Shown: positions 23,435 through 34,977, numbered from the stretch's first letter. The stretch: 64,000 nt of DNA from an uncultured Akkermansia sp. (GCA_964506575.1 CAZDLY010000003.1:41240-105239), one strand, 5' to 3'. Numbers and translations are program-made. Notes: a model not told the origin generated them from the sequence alone.

Positions 23435-25120
23435 CTAATCGGCCGCCGGATAGTGCCGGACCAGGCGGCAGACATAGCCGTAGTCGCGCAGCACCTGCCA
23501 GGGGGAAAGCGTCGGGAAGCCGCGTTTGACGTTCAGCGCGCCGACCTCGTACAGGTGCCGGTGCTGCCACAACACCGCCTCGTAGGCGCCGCGCAGGGTC
23601 ATCTTTCCGTCCCACATGTGGATCGGCTCGGCGCCGGCGCCATTGACTTCGATGATGGTGAAGGCCTCGCCCCGGCGCAACTGGTCCAGCGAATCGTAGC
23701 GGATGTCGAAACGGCCGTAGTAAAACTCGCCCAGCGACCGGGCGATGCCGTCAAACACATCGGACATCCCGGGTGTGATCGCGTGGTTGCCGTTGATGAA
23801 GACGGTCCCCTGCGCATGGTTGCCGGCGAAGTTGAGCTGGCGCACCTCCCCCGCGGGCAGCACGTCGTCCAGCACCCCCTGCTGCTTGGCGAAATAGACA
23901 CGCGCCAGCTTGCGGCAGCGGTTGTCGGCCAGGATCAGTTGCCGCAGCGTGTGGATGCCGTCGCCGGTCACGCTCGGAAACGCCTTGAGCCCCAGCGACA
24001 CGACCCGGCCGCGCGCCTCGCCGGGCTTGCGCGCATAGAGCACGCCCGCCTCGTTCGGGCGGGTGATGAGCGTTTGCAGGATCACAGCCTGGTCCTTGGG
24101 GAACTGCCGGAAATAGGCGAGCAGATCCGCCTCGCACCCCATCCGCTTGACGCCCACGCCGCGCTGGCCGATGTCGGGCTTGGCCACCAGCGGGAAGCCG
24201 ACCCCCCGGGCCGCGAGCGCCTCGCGCGCCTGCGCCAGCCGTTCCTCGGCGCTCTGATGCCGGGCGATCGGCGGCGAGACCGCCACCCGGCCCAGCCAGC
24301 GCGCCGCGACCTCCGGCGGGAAAAGCGCGTAAATCTGCTGCTTCGACTCCCGCACCAGCCCCGAGGCGTACATGCACGGGTTGCTGGCCATGGTCACGCG
24401 CAAGCCGCGGAAGCGGATCGCCAGATAGACGATGTAGAAGAGCACGGGAAAGTAAAACACCCAGATCGGCCAGAACTCGAAGAAGGTTGTGGGCGTCTCG
24501 TGTTCGGGCAGCGCCTCGACATCCGGAACCGCCGCCTCCTCCTTCAGCCGGTGGCGCCGGGCGATCACGATGTTCAGCAGCACCACGCCCGCCAGCACCG
24601 CGCTCACCACCCCGAGCCGCAGCCAGAGGTTGTGCAGATAGGGCAGCATGGCCGAGCCGACCGTCAGCGCCAGTCCCAGATAGATGGCGGTCTGCAGGAA
24701 CGACGCCAGCACGGCCAGCACGAGGAACCGCCAGAACGGCGCGCCGAGCATCCCCGCCGCCACGAAGGTGACCGTCCGCGTCCCCGGCAGAAACCGGGCC
24801 ATGAAAATGGCCTTGGCCATGTGGCCGCTGAAATACTGCTCGGCCCACAGCAGCCGGCGGCGGCTGATCCAGTTGCGCTTGAAGACCTGCTTCGAGGCGA
24901 AACGGCCCGTCAGATACAGCGCGAAGTCGCCCGAGGCGATGCCGAGCGTCAGCGCCACCAGCACCACCTGCCAGCGCATGTCGCGGGAGGCCGCCAGCAT
25001 GGCGCAACCGATGCTGACGCCATCCTCGAAGATCCACGTTCCGGCGCCCGCCACCAGCCCCTGCAGGCCGGCGTTGTTCTGCAGCGTGTCCAGGAAGGTC
25101 CAGAACCACTCGGTCAGCAC
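23435..25120 (-). CDS. Fusion protein: N-terminal DedA/VTT-family membrane domain plus C-terminal ATP-grasp-like ligase domain
   Basis: 561 aa with a GTG start preceded by GAAGGGGGGG, 20 nt after the ileS stop. The N-terminal half is multi-TM DedA-like. The C-terminal half carries ATP-grasp signatures (FPLVAKPDIGQRGVGV, IIEVNGAGAEP). Confidence 0.75.
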   Translation of the reverse strand: MLTEWFWTFLDTLQNNAGLQGLVAGAGTWIFEDGVSIGCAMLAASRDMRWQVVLVALTLGIASGDFALYLTGRFASKQVFKRNWISRRRLLWAEQYFSGHMAKAIFMARFLPGTRTVTFVAAGMLGAPFWRFLVLAVLASFLQTAIYLGLALTVGSAMLPYLHNLWLRLGVVSAVLAGVVLLNIVIARRHRLKEEAAVPDVEALPEHETPTTFFEFWPIWVFYFPVLFYIVYLAIRFRGLRVTMASNPCMYASGLVRESKQQIYALFPPEVAARWLGRVAVSPPIARHQSAEERLAQAREALAARGVGFPLVAKPDIGQRGVGVKRMGCEADLLAYFRQFPKDQAVILQTLITRPNEAGVLYARKPGEARGRVVSLGLKAFPSVTGDGIHTLRQLILADNRCRKLARVYFAKQQGVLDDVLPAGEVRQLNFAGNHAQGTVFINGNHAITPGMSDVFDGIARSLGEFYYGRFDIRYDSLDQLRRGEAFTIIEVNGAGAEPIHMWDGKMTLRGAYEAVLWQHRHLYEVGALNVKRGFPTLSPWQVLRDYGYVCRLVRHYPAAD

Positions 25121-25139
25121 GCGCGCCCCCCCTTCGCCA

Positions 25140-28289
<3,150 letters not shown>

Positions 28290-28585
28290 GTGAACCTCGT
28301 TAAAATGAAGGCACAGCATAACGAAAGCTGCGGCGGAAAACAAGCGCCGCGTGGACCCGGTCAGGGCAAACGCATCTAAATTCAGCTTCTTTTTCATTTG
28401 CATAGGTTAGTTGTTAACAGCGTCTAAAAGGCAATCGGGGTCAGCGCGCGGCGGGTAGGGCTTCGCGCTTTTCCTTTGACATTCGCCCTTATCCTTCGGC
28501 GCGGCGGGACGCCGCCGCCCCCGCTTTCGCGCTTTCCCTGTCGCCAGCTACTGGCGATTTTCTCTGACACCCCCAATATCTTGAT

Positions 28586-28633
28586 CGTCGTCGTCCTCGT
28601 CCTCGATTTCACGATTCGAGGACGAGGACGATG
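28586..28633. repeat. Hairpin built from GTCCTC hexamer repeats (tcgtcctcgtcctcg-loop-cgaggacgaggacga)
   Basis: Perfect 15-bp inverted repeat with an 11-nt loop, upstream of the hypothetical gene at 29221. Confidence 0.7.
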
Positions 28634-28742
28634 TCTCAATCCTGCTTCCCATCCGGACGCAAGCCGGCGGTCCGACTGAACGCTGAACCCTTCTCTTCCC
28701 GTTTTCTACCACACCCCAATTATTGACCCATTGAGGAGGCGT

Positions 28743-28850
28743 ATGGCAGTTCTGATGAGGGTCGTTGATCCGTAATCTTAATCGTAATCGTAATCCGTTT
28801 TCCAACAGGAGATTAAGATCAGGATTAGGATTAAGATGGCAATAGCCCTT
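28743..28850 (+). repeat. Structured repeat element copy 1 (CGTAAT hexamer arrays in inverted orientation) beginning with a mini-ORF MAVLMRVVDP
   Basis: A GAGGAGG RBS sits 4 nt upstream of the ATG at 28743, encoding a 10-codon ORF. This is followed by cgtaatcttaatcgtaatcgtaatcc ... ggagattaagatcaggattaggattaag. It is related to the element at 30303-30443 and shares the ATGGCnGTTCTGATGAGG start. Confidence 0.6.
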
Positions 28851-28959
28851 TAACTTGGCGCCATTCAGACCCGTCTCTTGCCGATCTTCGTTCGAATGGT
28901 CTCCATGCTGGTCGGATTGTTGGCGGAAGAGAATGAGAAAGAACGAGCACTGTAAAATC

Positions 28960-29115
28960 GGGGTCGGGGTCGGTATCGGTATCGGGGTCGAAAGGGAACG
29001 GCGTCGTAGCGATGCTCACAAAACTCGGGCAACGGGGATATGCGGTTCACGAGGAAAACGGAAGCGTACCGGACGAATCAAGTCGACCCCGATACCGATA
29101 CCGACCCCGACCCCG
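28960..29115. repeat. Perfect 30-bp inverted repeat of hexamer units (GGGGTC GGGGTC GGTATC GGTATC GGGGTC ... GACCCC GATACC GATACC GACCCC GACCCC) separated by about 93 nt
   Basis: The arms at 28960-28989 and 29084-29113 are exact reverse complements, immediately upstream of the GGAGGCGGGC RBS of the gene at 29221. Confidence 0.7.
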
Positions 29116-29220
29116 ATGGTCCCATCTCCAAAATTAGAATGGCTGCGGACTCTTCTTCTCTTCTTGAGGCCGTCCTCCTGTTGGGGTATACTATTACCGT
29201 CGAACCAGCGGGAGGCGGGC

Positions 29221-30279
29221 ATGGAAAAGAAGACCACAGACAGAGGACGCATCGCGGGGGCGCCGGTCTCCGCGTGGCGGCGGCTGTACGATGTGGCCGC
29301 CCGCATCCGGGCCCTGGATCCGTGGCCGTGGATGAACCTCGGACACGTGTTCGGCGTCCAGCCGCACGGGTCGGCCGGACCGGGATTCGTGCTGTTCTCG
29401 GAGCAGGGCGATCCCCCGCGGCGCGCCGTCTCGGTCTATCCGGGCTGGGCGCCCTTCCGCGACGCGATCATGAGCCATGCCCACCCGGACGGACGGGCGC
29501 CGCTCGAGCGGACGGTCGAGGAGTCGTGGCTGCGGCTGATGTTCCTGCCCCAGGCCGGCCTGGGCCGGGGCGACCGCGCCGTGCTGGTCCGGCTCGGATG
29601 GGATCTGACGGGGGCGGACGAGTTTCCGGCGTTCTGCAGTCAGAAGGTGGGCTATTTCCCGGACCGGCTCGGGCCCTCCGAAGTGGTCTGGCTCCACGCC
29701 GTCCTCTATCAGGCCTATGGCATGGCCCTGCGGGTCGAGACGGCGCCCGACCTCACTCAGGAGCGGATGCCGCGAACCTTCCTGGTGCGGATGCAGGACG
29801 CCGCGGGCGGCTGGCGCGACGCCTGGGTGGACGAGCCGGCCGCGCGCACCGACGTGGACGTGAGCATCGACCTCGACCGCGTGCGGCGGGTCCGGTGCCA
29901 CCCGGCCGGCGCCGCCGTGCTGCAGGCCGATCTGGTGCTTTCGCCGCTCAAGATGAAGAGTGCCGAAGACCACCGCTCCGAGGCGGTCTTCACCCTGCTC
30001 CTGGTCAATGGCGAAACCCGCGTGATCATCCGCTGCGACGCGATGCAGGCGACCGAAGGGATCGAGACGATGTGGGCGCAGGTGCCCGGCGCGGTGCTCC
30101 GGGGCCTGGAGCAGCTCGACGCGCTCCCCGCCGTGATCGAGGTGCGCAGCGAACGGATGCTGAATGTGCTGCGCCCGCTCACCGAGCTGCTCCCCTTCAA
30201 GCTGACGCGGCGCGAGAACCTCGACGCCCTGGCCGTCGCTCGGGATTCGCTGAACGATCTGCTGCGCGTCAAGACCTGA
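29221..30279 (+). CDS. Hypothetical protein (352 aa) bracketed by hexamer-repeat hairpin elements
   Basis: ATG at 29221 with a strong GGAGGCGGGC RBS. The upstream in-frame extension of ORF 28855..30279 only translates the repeat DNA (GVGVGIGIGV, IPIPTPTP). No recognisable domain. Confidence 0.65.
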   Translation: MEKKTTDRGRIAGAPVSAWRRLYDVAARIRALDPWPWMNLGHVFGVQPHGSAGPGFVLFSEQGDPPRRAVSVYPGWAPFRDAIMSHAHPDGRAPLERTVEESWLRLMFLPQAGLGRGDRAVLVRLGWDLTGADEFPAFCSQKVGYFPDRLGPSEVVWLHAVLYQAYGMALRVETAPDLTQERMPRTFLVRMQDAAGGWRDAWVDEPAARTDVDVSIDLDRVRRVRCHPAGAAVLQADLVLSPLKMKSAEDHRSEAVFTLLLVNGETRVIIRCDAMQATEGIETMWAQVPGAVLRGLEQLDALPAVIEVRSERMLNVLRPLTELLPFKLTRRENLDALAVARDSLNDLLRVKT

Positions 30280-30302
30280 GGGCGCGTGCAGAACCTCCGG
30301 GC

Positions 30303-30443
30303 GCATGGCCGTTCTGATGAGGTCGTTGATTCGTAATCATAATCGTAATCATAATCGTAATCCATTCTCCGCCAGGAGATTAAGATCAAGATTACGATTA
30401 CGATTACGATTACGATTAAGGAGTAACCCTCATCAGAACTGCC
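30303..30443. repeat. Structured repeat element copy 2: long imperfect hairpin (GTTCTGATGAGG..CGTAAT/CATAAT arrays..loop..ATTACG x5..CCTCATCAGAAC)
   Basis: Outer 12-bp stem GTTCTGATGAGG/CCTCATCAGAAC plus about 40-bp inner stems of hexamer repeats. It lies between the convergent genes at 29221 (+) and 30448 (-). ORF 30305..30649 merely reads through it. Confidence 0.65.
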
Positions 30444-30447
30444 CGCG

Positions 30448-30789
30448 TCAATCCGGGTGCCGCGCACAGGCGACGGCGGGTTCGCCCACGGTGCCCGCGA
30501 TGGTGTACGCAGTGTTGCCCGCCTTGCAGAGGGGGATCTGGCCTGTCTTCGCGTATTCACCCAGGGCTGCCGGGTCAATCGCGTCGCCGGGCCCCTTGCT
30601 CGCAACCAGCGCCCACTGGCTGATCATGTCTTGGATCAGACGACGATGATAGAGGCACAGAGTGCGCTGGGTGTTTTCGCGCGCGCGGAGCAGGTTGGGG
30701 GCCACGATCATCGACAACAGGAACAACAGCGCGACCACGATCATGATCTCGATGAGCGTGAAACCGCCTCTGGCCATCAACCGTTTCAT
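30448..30789 (-). CDS. Prepilin-type N-terminal cleavage/methylation domain protein (pseudopilin-like)
   Basis: 113 aa from the ATG at 30789 (AGAGGGG RBS). N-terminus MKRLMARGGFTLIEIMIVVALLFLLSMIVAPNL with a GFTLIE prepilin motif. Confidence 0.75.
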   Translation of the reverse strand: MKRLMARGGFTLIEIMIVVALLFLLSMIVAPNLLRARENTQRTLCLYHRRLIQDMISQWALVASKGPGDAIDPAALGEYAKTGQIPLCKAGNTAYTIAGTVGEPAVACARHPD

Positions 30790-30920
30790 GGCGCCCCTCT
30801 GATCATCACGTGTACCCTCGTGACCAGGCGCGGCCGCTCCTCCGGCGGTCCGCCCACCCCATGACAACGGCGTGAGTATAGCACCTCGCTGGATAATCGT
30901 CAAGGCAAGGAAAACATAAA

Positions 30921-30943
30921 AGCAGGGCCGCGCCAGAGGCGCG
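30921..30943 (-). terminator. Intrinsic terminator after pilin copy 1 (GGGCCGCGCC-tctg-GGCGCGGCCC followed by TGCTTTTATGTTTTCC on the minus strand)
   Basis: Perfect GC-rich hairpin plus a U-rich tail, 40 nt downstream of the pilin stop at 30983. Confidence 0.6.
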
Positions 30944-30982
30944 GCCCTGTCTTCGCATGCACACCATCAAAGCCGATCTTCT

Positions 30983-31384
30983 TCAGGGCATGGGGAGGCC
31001 GCCTGAATTGGTGACGGTCCCGGTATTATGATCGGTAGCGCTCGACGTGCACAAGACCCAGGGGCCCTGGACTGTTCCACCCAAGGTGTAGTCCTTGTTG
31101 CCCGTCTTGCACGTGGGCATTGCACCGCCCTTGATGTAGGCGGCGATTGCATTCGTGTTGGTATCTCCATTTCCCTTGACGTCTGCCGTCGCATCCTTGT
31201 TATCGGCCAGCGCCCACTGGTCAATGGCGTCGTAGATCAGACGCTTGTTGTTATTGCAGGTGCTCTTCTGCGTCGATGTGCGAGCCTTGATCAGGTTCGG
31301 CACGGCAATGACCGCCAGCAACGCAATGATCGCGACAACGATCATGATTTCGACAAGCGTGAAACCTTTTCTGTTGATCTTCAT
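30983..31384 (-). CDS. Type IV pilin-like / pseudopilin protein (copy 1)
   Basis: 133 aa from the ATG at 31384 (GAAGGA RBS). MKINRKGFTLVEIMIVVAIIALLAVIAVPNLIKAR prepilin N-terminus. Identical to the protein at 31638..32039. Confidence 0.8.
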   Translation of the reverse strand: MKINRKGFTLVEIMIVVAIIALLAVIAVPNLIKARTSTQKSTCNNNKRLIYDAIDQWALADNKDATADVKGNGDTNTNAIAAYIKGGAMPTCKTGNKDYTLGGTVQGPWVLCTSSATDHNTGTVTNSGGLPMP

Positions 31385-31576
31385 GATGTGAATCCTTCTT
31401 TTTTTGCTCCCGTTCAACCCAGCACGTAGTGCCGTGTGCGCAACCACGCGCTCTCCTTTTACGCCCGACTGTCAACTAACCGCCCCGGAATGAGACGATC
31501 CAATCGAGCCTTCGGGTATGATTGTAAGCCGAACTCACGCCAAACACAAGAAAATAGTTATCCGGAAAAAATAATA

Positions 31577-31599
31577 ACAGGGCCGCGCCAGAGGCGCGG
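31577..31599 (-). terminator. Intrinsic terminator after pilin copy 2 (same hairpin, followed by TGTTATTATTTTTTCC)
   Basis: Duplicate of the hairpin at 30921-30943 with a T-rich tail. Confidence 0.6.
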
Positions 31600-31637
31600 C
31601 CCTGTCTTCGCATGCACACCATCAAAGCCGATCTTCT

Positions 31638-32039
31638 TCAGGGCATGGGGAGGCCGCCTGAATTGGTGACGGTCCCGGTATTATGATCGGTAGCGCTCGA
31701 CGTGCACAAGACCCAGGGGCCCTGGACTGTTCCACCCAAGGTGTAGTCCTTGTTGCCCGTCTTGCACGTGGGCATTGCACCGCCCTTGATGTAGGCGGCG
31801 ATTGCATTCGTGTTGGTATCTCCATTTCCCTTGACGTCTGCCGTCGCATCCTTGTTATCGGCCAGCGCCCACTGGTCAATGGCGTCGTAGATCAGACGCT
31901 TGTTGTTATTGCAGGTGCTCTTCTGCGTCGATGTGCGAGCCTTGATCAGGTTCGGCACGGCAATGACCGCCAGCAACGCAATGATCGCGACAACGATCAT
32001 GATTTCGACAAGCGTGAAACCTTTTCTGTTGATCTTCAT
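31638..32039 (-). CDS. Type IV pilin-like / pseudopilin protein (copy 2, 100% identical to copy 1)
   Basis: 133 aa identical in sequence. It is part of a roughly 478-bp exact tandem repeat (30923-31400 and 31579-32056) with a 656-bp period. Confidence 0.8.
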   Translation of the reverse strand: MKINRKGFTLVEIMIVVAIIALLAVIAVPNLIKARTSTQKSTCNNNKRLIYDAIDQWALADNKDATADVKGNGDTNTNAIAAYIKGGAMPTCKTGNKDYTLGGTVQGPWVLCTSSATDHNTGTVTNSGGLPMP

Positions 32040-32419
32040 GATGTGAATCCTTCTCTTTTTTGTTGTGTCTTATTGACCCAGCCACGCGCTGCCCTGTGCA
32101 GCCACGCGCCGTCTTTCCGCGTCCGATTGCTTCTTGACCGATGCCTCGTGCACCGGCCCAATCGGACATTTGCGGGTGATATAATGCAACACCCGTGCCA
32201 AAGGCAAAAATTATGCGTTTTGTCCGCGTTTGCATGAATTCACGCTCTTTTGTGCCGGGTTTTTATCTCCGGAAGAGAAAATTCTGTGAGAATGGCGTGT
32301 TTTCTTGCAAACGTGAGAATGGGCCGCGTCAGAAACGAAAACGGATGGCCTCAGAATTCTGCTTGTATTCGCGCAATCGAGATTCTACCATGGCGACGCG
32401 TTTACGGAAGTCACGTCCT

Positions 32420-33274
32420 ATGTTTAAGAGCATCCAGAAAGAGGTTTGGGCATTCGATTGCGAATGGGTTCCCGACCCGCACGCGGGGATCGTCCTCCAC
32501 GACCTGCCGCCCGCGACCCCGCCACAGCGGGTGCTGGAGGCGATGTGGGCGCACGGGGGCGCCACGGCCGAAGACCCGACCCCGTTCTTGAAGACCGTTC
32601 TCTGCCGCGTCGTCTCGATCGCCGCGGTGCGCCGCCGCGTCGTGAACAACGCGCGCAAGCTCGACCTCCTCTGGCTGCCGCGCAAACCCGAAGACCCCGG
32701 GGAGCAGACGGAGGCCGCCATCCTCTCCAAGTTCCTCGGCGCCGTGGGCAAGGGCAAGCCCCAGCTCGTGGGCTTCAACTCCCGATCGTCCGATCTCAAG
32801 ATCCTCGTCCAGCGGGCGGTGGTCAACGGCCTCGCCGTCCCCGACTTCTGCCGCCGCCCCGACAAGCCGTGGGAGGGGTGCGATTACTTCGCGCGGGACA
32901 ACGAGTGGCACATCGACATGATGGAGATCCTCGGGAGCTGGGGCGGCAAGAGCACCGTCTCGCTCAACGAGATCGCCCGGCTCTCCGGCATTCCGGGCAA
33001 GTTCGGCACCTGCGGCGACGATGTCGCCGGGCTCTGGCTGGCGGGCCGGTGGCGCGAGATCGTCGAATACAACTGCTTCGACGCCCTCACCACCTACCTC
33101 GTCTGGCTGCGCCTCGCCCATTTCGGCGGCCTCTTCACACCCGAACAGTACGCTGAGGAGGAGCAGGAGGTGCGCGACCTGATCTTCGAGCTGGCGGCCC
33201 AGCCGGAAACCGCATTTCTCGAACGCTATCTGGAGGAATGGGATCGGCTGCAGGAGTTGCTGCCGGGGAAATAA
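32420..33274 (+). CDS. Predicted 3'-5' exonuclease, PolB-exonuclease-domain-like (RNase H fold)
   Basis: 284 aa from the ATG at 32420 (GGAAG RBS). Motifs FDCEWVPD (Exo I-like), GFNSRSSDLKIL and YNCFDALTTYLVWLRL (Exo III-like YxxxD). The upstream in-frame extension of ORF 32195..33274 is an R/K/C-rich leader. A TATAAT box sits at 32181-32186. Confidence 0.65.
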   Translation: MFKSIQKEVWAFDCEWVPDPHAGIVLHDLPPATPPQRVLEAMWAHGGATAEDPTPFLKTVLCRVVSIAAVRRRVVNNARKLDLLWLPRKPEDPGEQTEAAILSKFLGAVGKGKPQLVGFNSRSSDLKILVQRAVVNGLAVPDFCRRPDKPWEGCDYFARDNEWHIDMMEILGSWGGKSTVSLNEIARLSGIPGKFGTCGDDVAGLWLAGRWREIVEYNCFDALTTYLVWLRLAHFGGLFTPEQYAEEEQEVRDLIFELAAQPETAFLERYLEEWDRLQELLPGK

Positions 33275-33283
33275 GGAGCGCCC

Positions 33284-33961
33284 ATGGAAGACCCCGCCGC
33301 AATCGCCCGCCTGATCGACCACGCCCTGCTGCAACCCAATCTGACGGACGCCGAGCTGGAGGCCGGCTGCCGCGAGGCGGCCGTGTGGCGCGTGGCCAGC
33401 GTCTGCATCCTCCCGCACGCCGTCGCCCGCTGCGCCGCGATCCTCCGCGGCAGCGGCGTCGCCACGAGCACGGTCATCGGATTCCCGCACGGAGCCCACA
33501 TGACCGTAATCAAGGCCGCCGAAGCCCGCCGCGCGTTGGACGACGGCGCGCAGGAGCTCGACATGGTGGTGAACATCTCCCGGGTGGTCTCCGGCGCCTG
33601 GCGCGACGTCCAAGCCGACATCCACGCCGTGCTCGCCGAAGTCCGCGAGCAGGGAGCCCGGCTCAAGGTGATCTTCGAGACCTGCTACCTCGACGAGACG
33701 CAGAAGATCCGCCTCTGCGAGATCTGTTCGGAACTCGGCGTCGACTGGGTCAAGACCTCGACCGGCTTCGGACCGGCCGGCGCGACCGAGGCCGACGTCC
33801 GCCTCATGCGCCGGCACAGCGCGCCGCAGGTGCAGATCAAGGCCTCGGGCGGCATCCGCGACCTCGCCGCCGTCCTCCGCTTCCGCGACCTCGGCTGCTC
33901 CCGCATCGGCTGCTCCCGCACCGGCGCGATCCTGCGAGCCTGCGGGGCGGGAGCCGGTTGA
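33284..33961 (+). CDS. deoC: Deoxyribose-phosphate aldolase
   Basis: 225 aa with IDHALLQP, VCILP, KVIFETCYL, VKTSTGF and KASGGIR motifs (class I aldolase DeoC). Confidence 0.9.
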   Translation: MEDPAAIARLIDHALLQPNLTDAELEAGCREAAVWRVASVCILPHAVARCAAILRGSGVATSTVIGFPHGAHMTVIKAAEARRALDDGAQELDMVVNISRVVSGAWRDVQADIHAVLAEVREQGARLKVIFETCYLDETQKIRLCEICSELGVDWVKTSTGFGPAGATEADVRLMRRHSAPQVQIKASGGIRDLAAVLRFRDLGCSRIGCSRTGAILRACGAGAG

Positions 33962-33993
33962 GTCTGCCGCGGTCCGTCATCATCGCTCGCTCT

Positions 33994-34758
33994 ATGGACA
34001 CCTCCACCCTCACATCCGCCACCTGGGCGCTTCTGTTTGCGGCGGCCTTCCTCCAGGGCCTCTCCAAGGGCGGCATGCCGGGGGTCTCGATCCTCGCCAT
34101 CCCGCTGGTCGCCATGGTCATCCCGGGCAAGGCCGCGAGCGGGCTGATCCTGCCCATGCTGATCCTGGGCGACCTGTTCGCGCTGGCCCACTGGCACCGC
34201 TCGGCGAGCTGGCGCGACCTGCGGCGCTCCCTGCCGTGGGCGGTGGCCGGCATTGTCGCGGGAACCGCGCTCATCGGACGCATCGACGACGGCCTCATGC
34301 GCCCGATCATCGGCTGGATCGTCCTCCTGATCCTTCTGGTGCACGTCTACCGGCTCTACCTAGCGCCCGGAAATCCCGGCGCCGATCCGACCGAACACCC
34401 GCTGCGGCGGCGGGCGATCGCCGCCTGCATGGGGACGCTGGGAGGCTTCACCACCATGCTGGCCAACGCCGCCGGACCCGTGATGGCCCTGCACTTCCTC
34501 GCACGGCGCCTGCCCAAGGAGACCTTCCTGGGCACCAGCGCCTGGTTCTTCTTCCTCGTCAACTGGATCAAGGTGCCGTTCATGCTCCACCTCCACATGA
34601 TCACCCTCCCCAGCCTGAAGGTGAACCTGCTCATGGTTCCCGCCCTCCTGGTCGGCGTCGCGGCAGGTGTCTTCATCGTGCGCCGGATCAATCAGCAGTC
34701 CTTCGACCTCGCCGTCATACTCCTCACCGCCCTCGCCTGCGTGCGATTGCTGTTGTAA
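33994..34758 (+). CDS. TauE/SafE (DUF81) family membrane exporter
   Basis: 254 aa from the ATG at 33994. Multi-TM protein with a duplicated 4-TM architecture and GxxxG-like motifs. The upstream part of ORF 33238..34758 is an alternate frame of deoC. Confidence 0.75.
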   Translation: MDTSTLTSATWALLFAAAFLQGLSKGGMPGVSILAIPLVAMVIPGKAASGLILPMLILGDLFALAHWHRSASWRDLRRSLPWAVAGIVAGTALIGRIDDGLMRPIIGWIVLLILLVHVYRLYLAPGNPGADPTEHPLRRRAIAACMGTLGGFTTMLANAAGPVMALHFLARRLPKETFLGTSAWFFFLVNWIKVPFMLHLHMITLPSLKVNLLMVPALLVGVAAGVFIVRRINQQSFDLAVILLTALACVRLLL

Positions 34759-34795
34759 GCCCGAGCCGCCTGCATAACCCTGTTTTACAGGCGGA

Positions 34796-34972
34796 GTGTT
34801 CAGGTTTCAGGTTTCAGGTTTCGGGTTTCAGGTTTCGGGTTTCAGGTTTCGGGTTTCGGGTTTCGGGTTTCAGGTTTCAGGTAGTAGCTCGCTCAACCAC
34901 AGTGAGTTGCGCGTTTTCTGAAACCTGAACACTGAAACCTGAAACCGGCGCTTGCAAGGGTTTGCAAGCGCC
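34796..34972. repeat. Heptamer tandem array (GTTTCAG/GTTTCGG x about 12) followed by the partial inverted complement (TGAAACC x4) and a GGCGCTTGCAA-GGG-TTTGCAAGCGCC hairpin
   Basis: Direct repeats at 34796-34882, complementary units at 34918-34946, and the REP-like palindrome at 34947-34972, immediately after the TauE stop. Confidence 0.75.
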
Positions 34973-34977
34973 TCAGC

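Noticed and set aside
23751-25109. 452-aa minus-strand ORF and 23453..25186 plus ORF
   Set aside because: Alternate-frame and antisense artifacts of the DedA::ATP-grasp gene.
28743-30443. CUGAUGAG strings suggestive of a hammerhead ribozyme
   Set aside because: CTGATGAGG here is simply the 5' arm of a long inverted repeat that pairs with CCTCATCAG. There is no GAAA/stem III architecture and no cleavage-site context.
30305-30649. 114-aa ORF MAVLMRSLIRNHNRNHNRN...
   Set aside because: The translation is dominated by the hexamer repeats of the hairpin element (NHNRNHNRN, RLRLRLRL) and overlaps the antisense of the prepilin gene. Only the first six codons are shared with the copy-1 mini-ORF.
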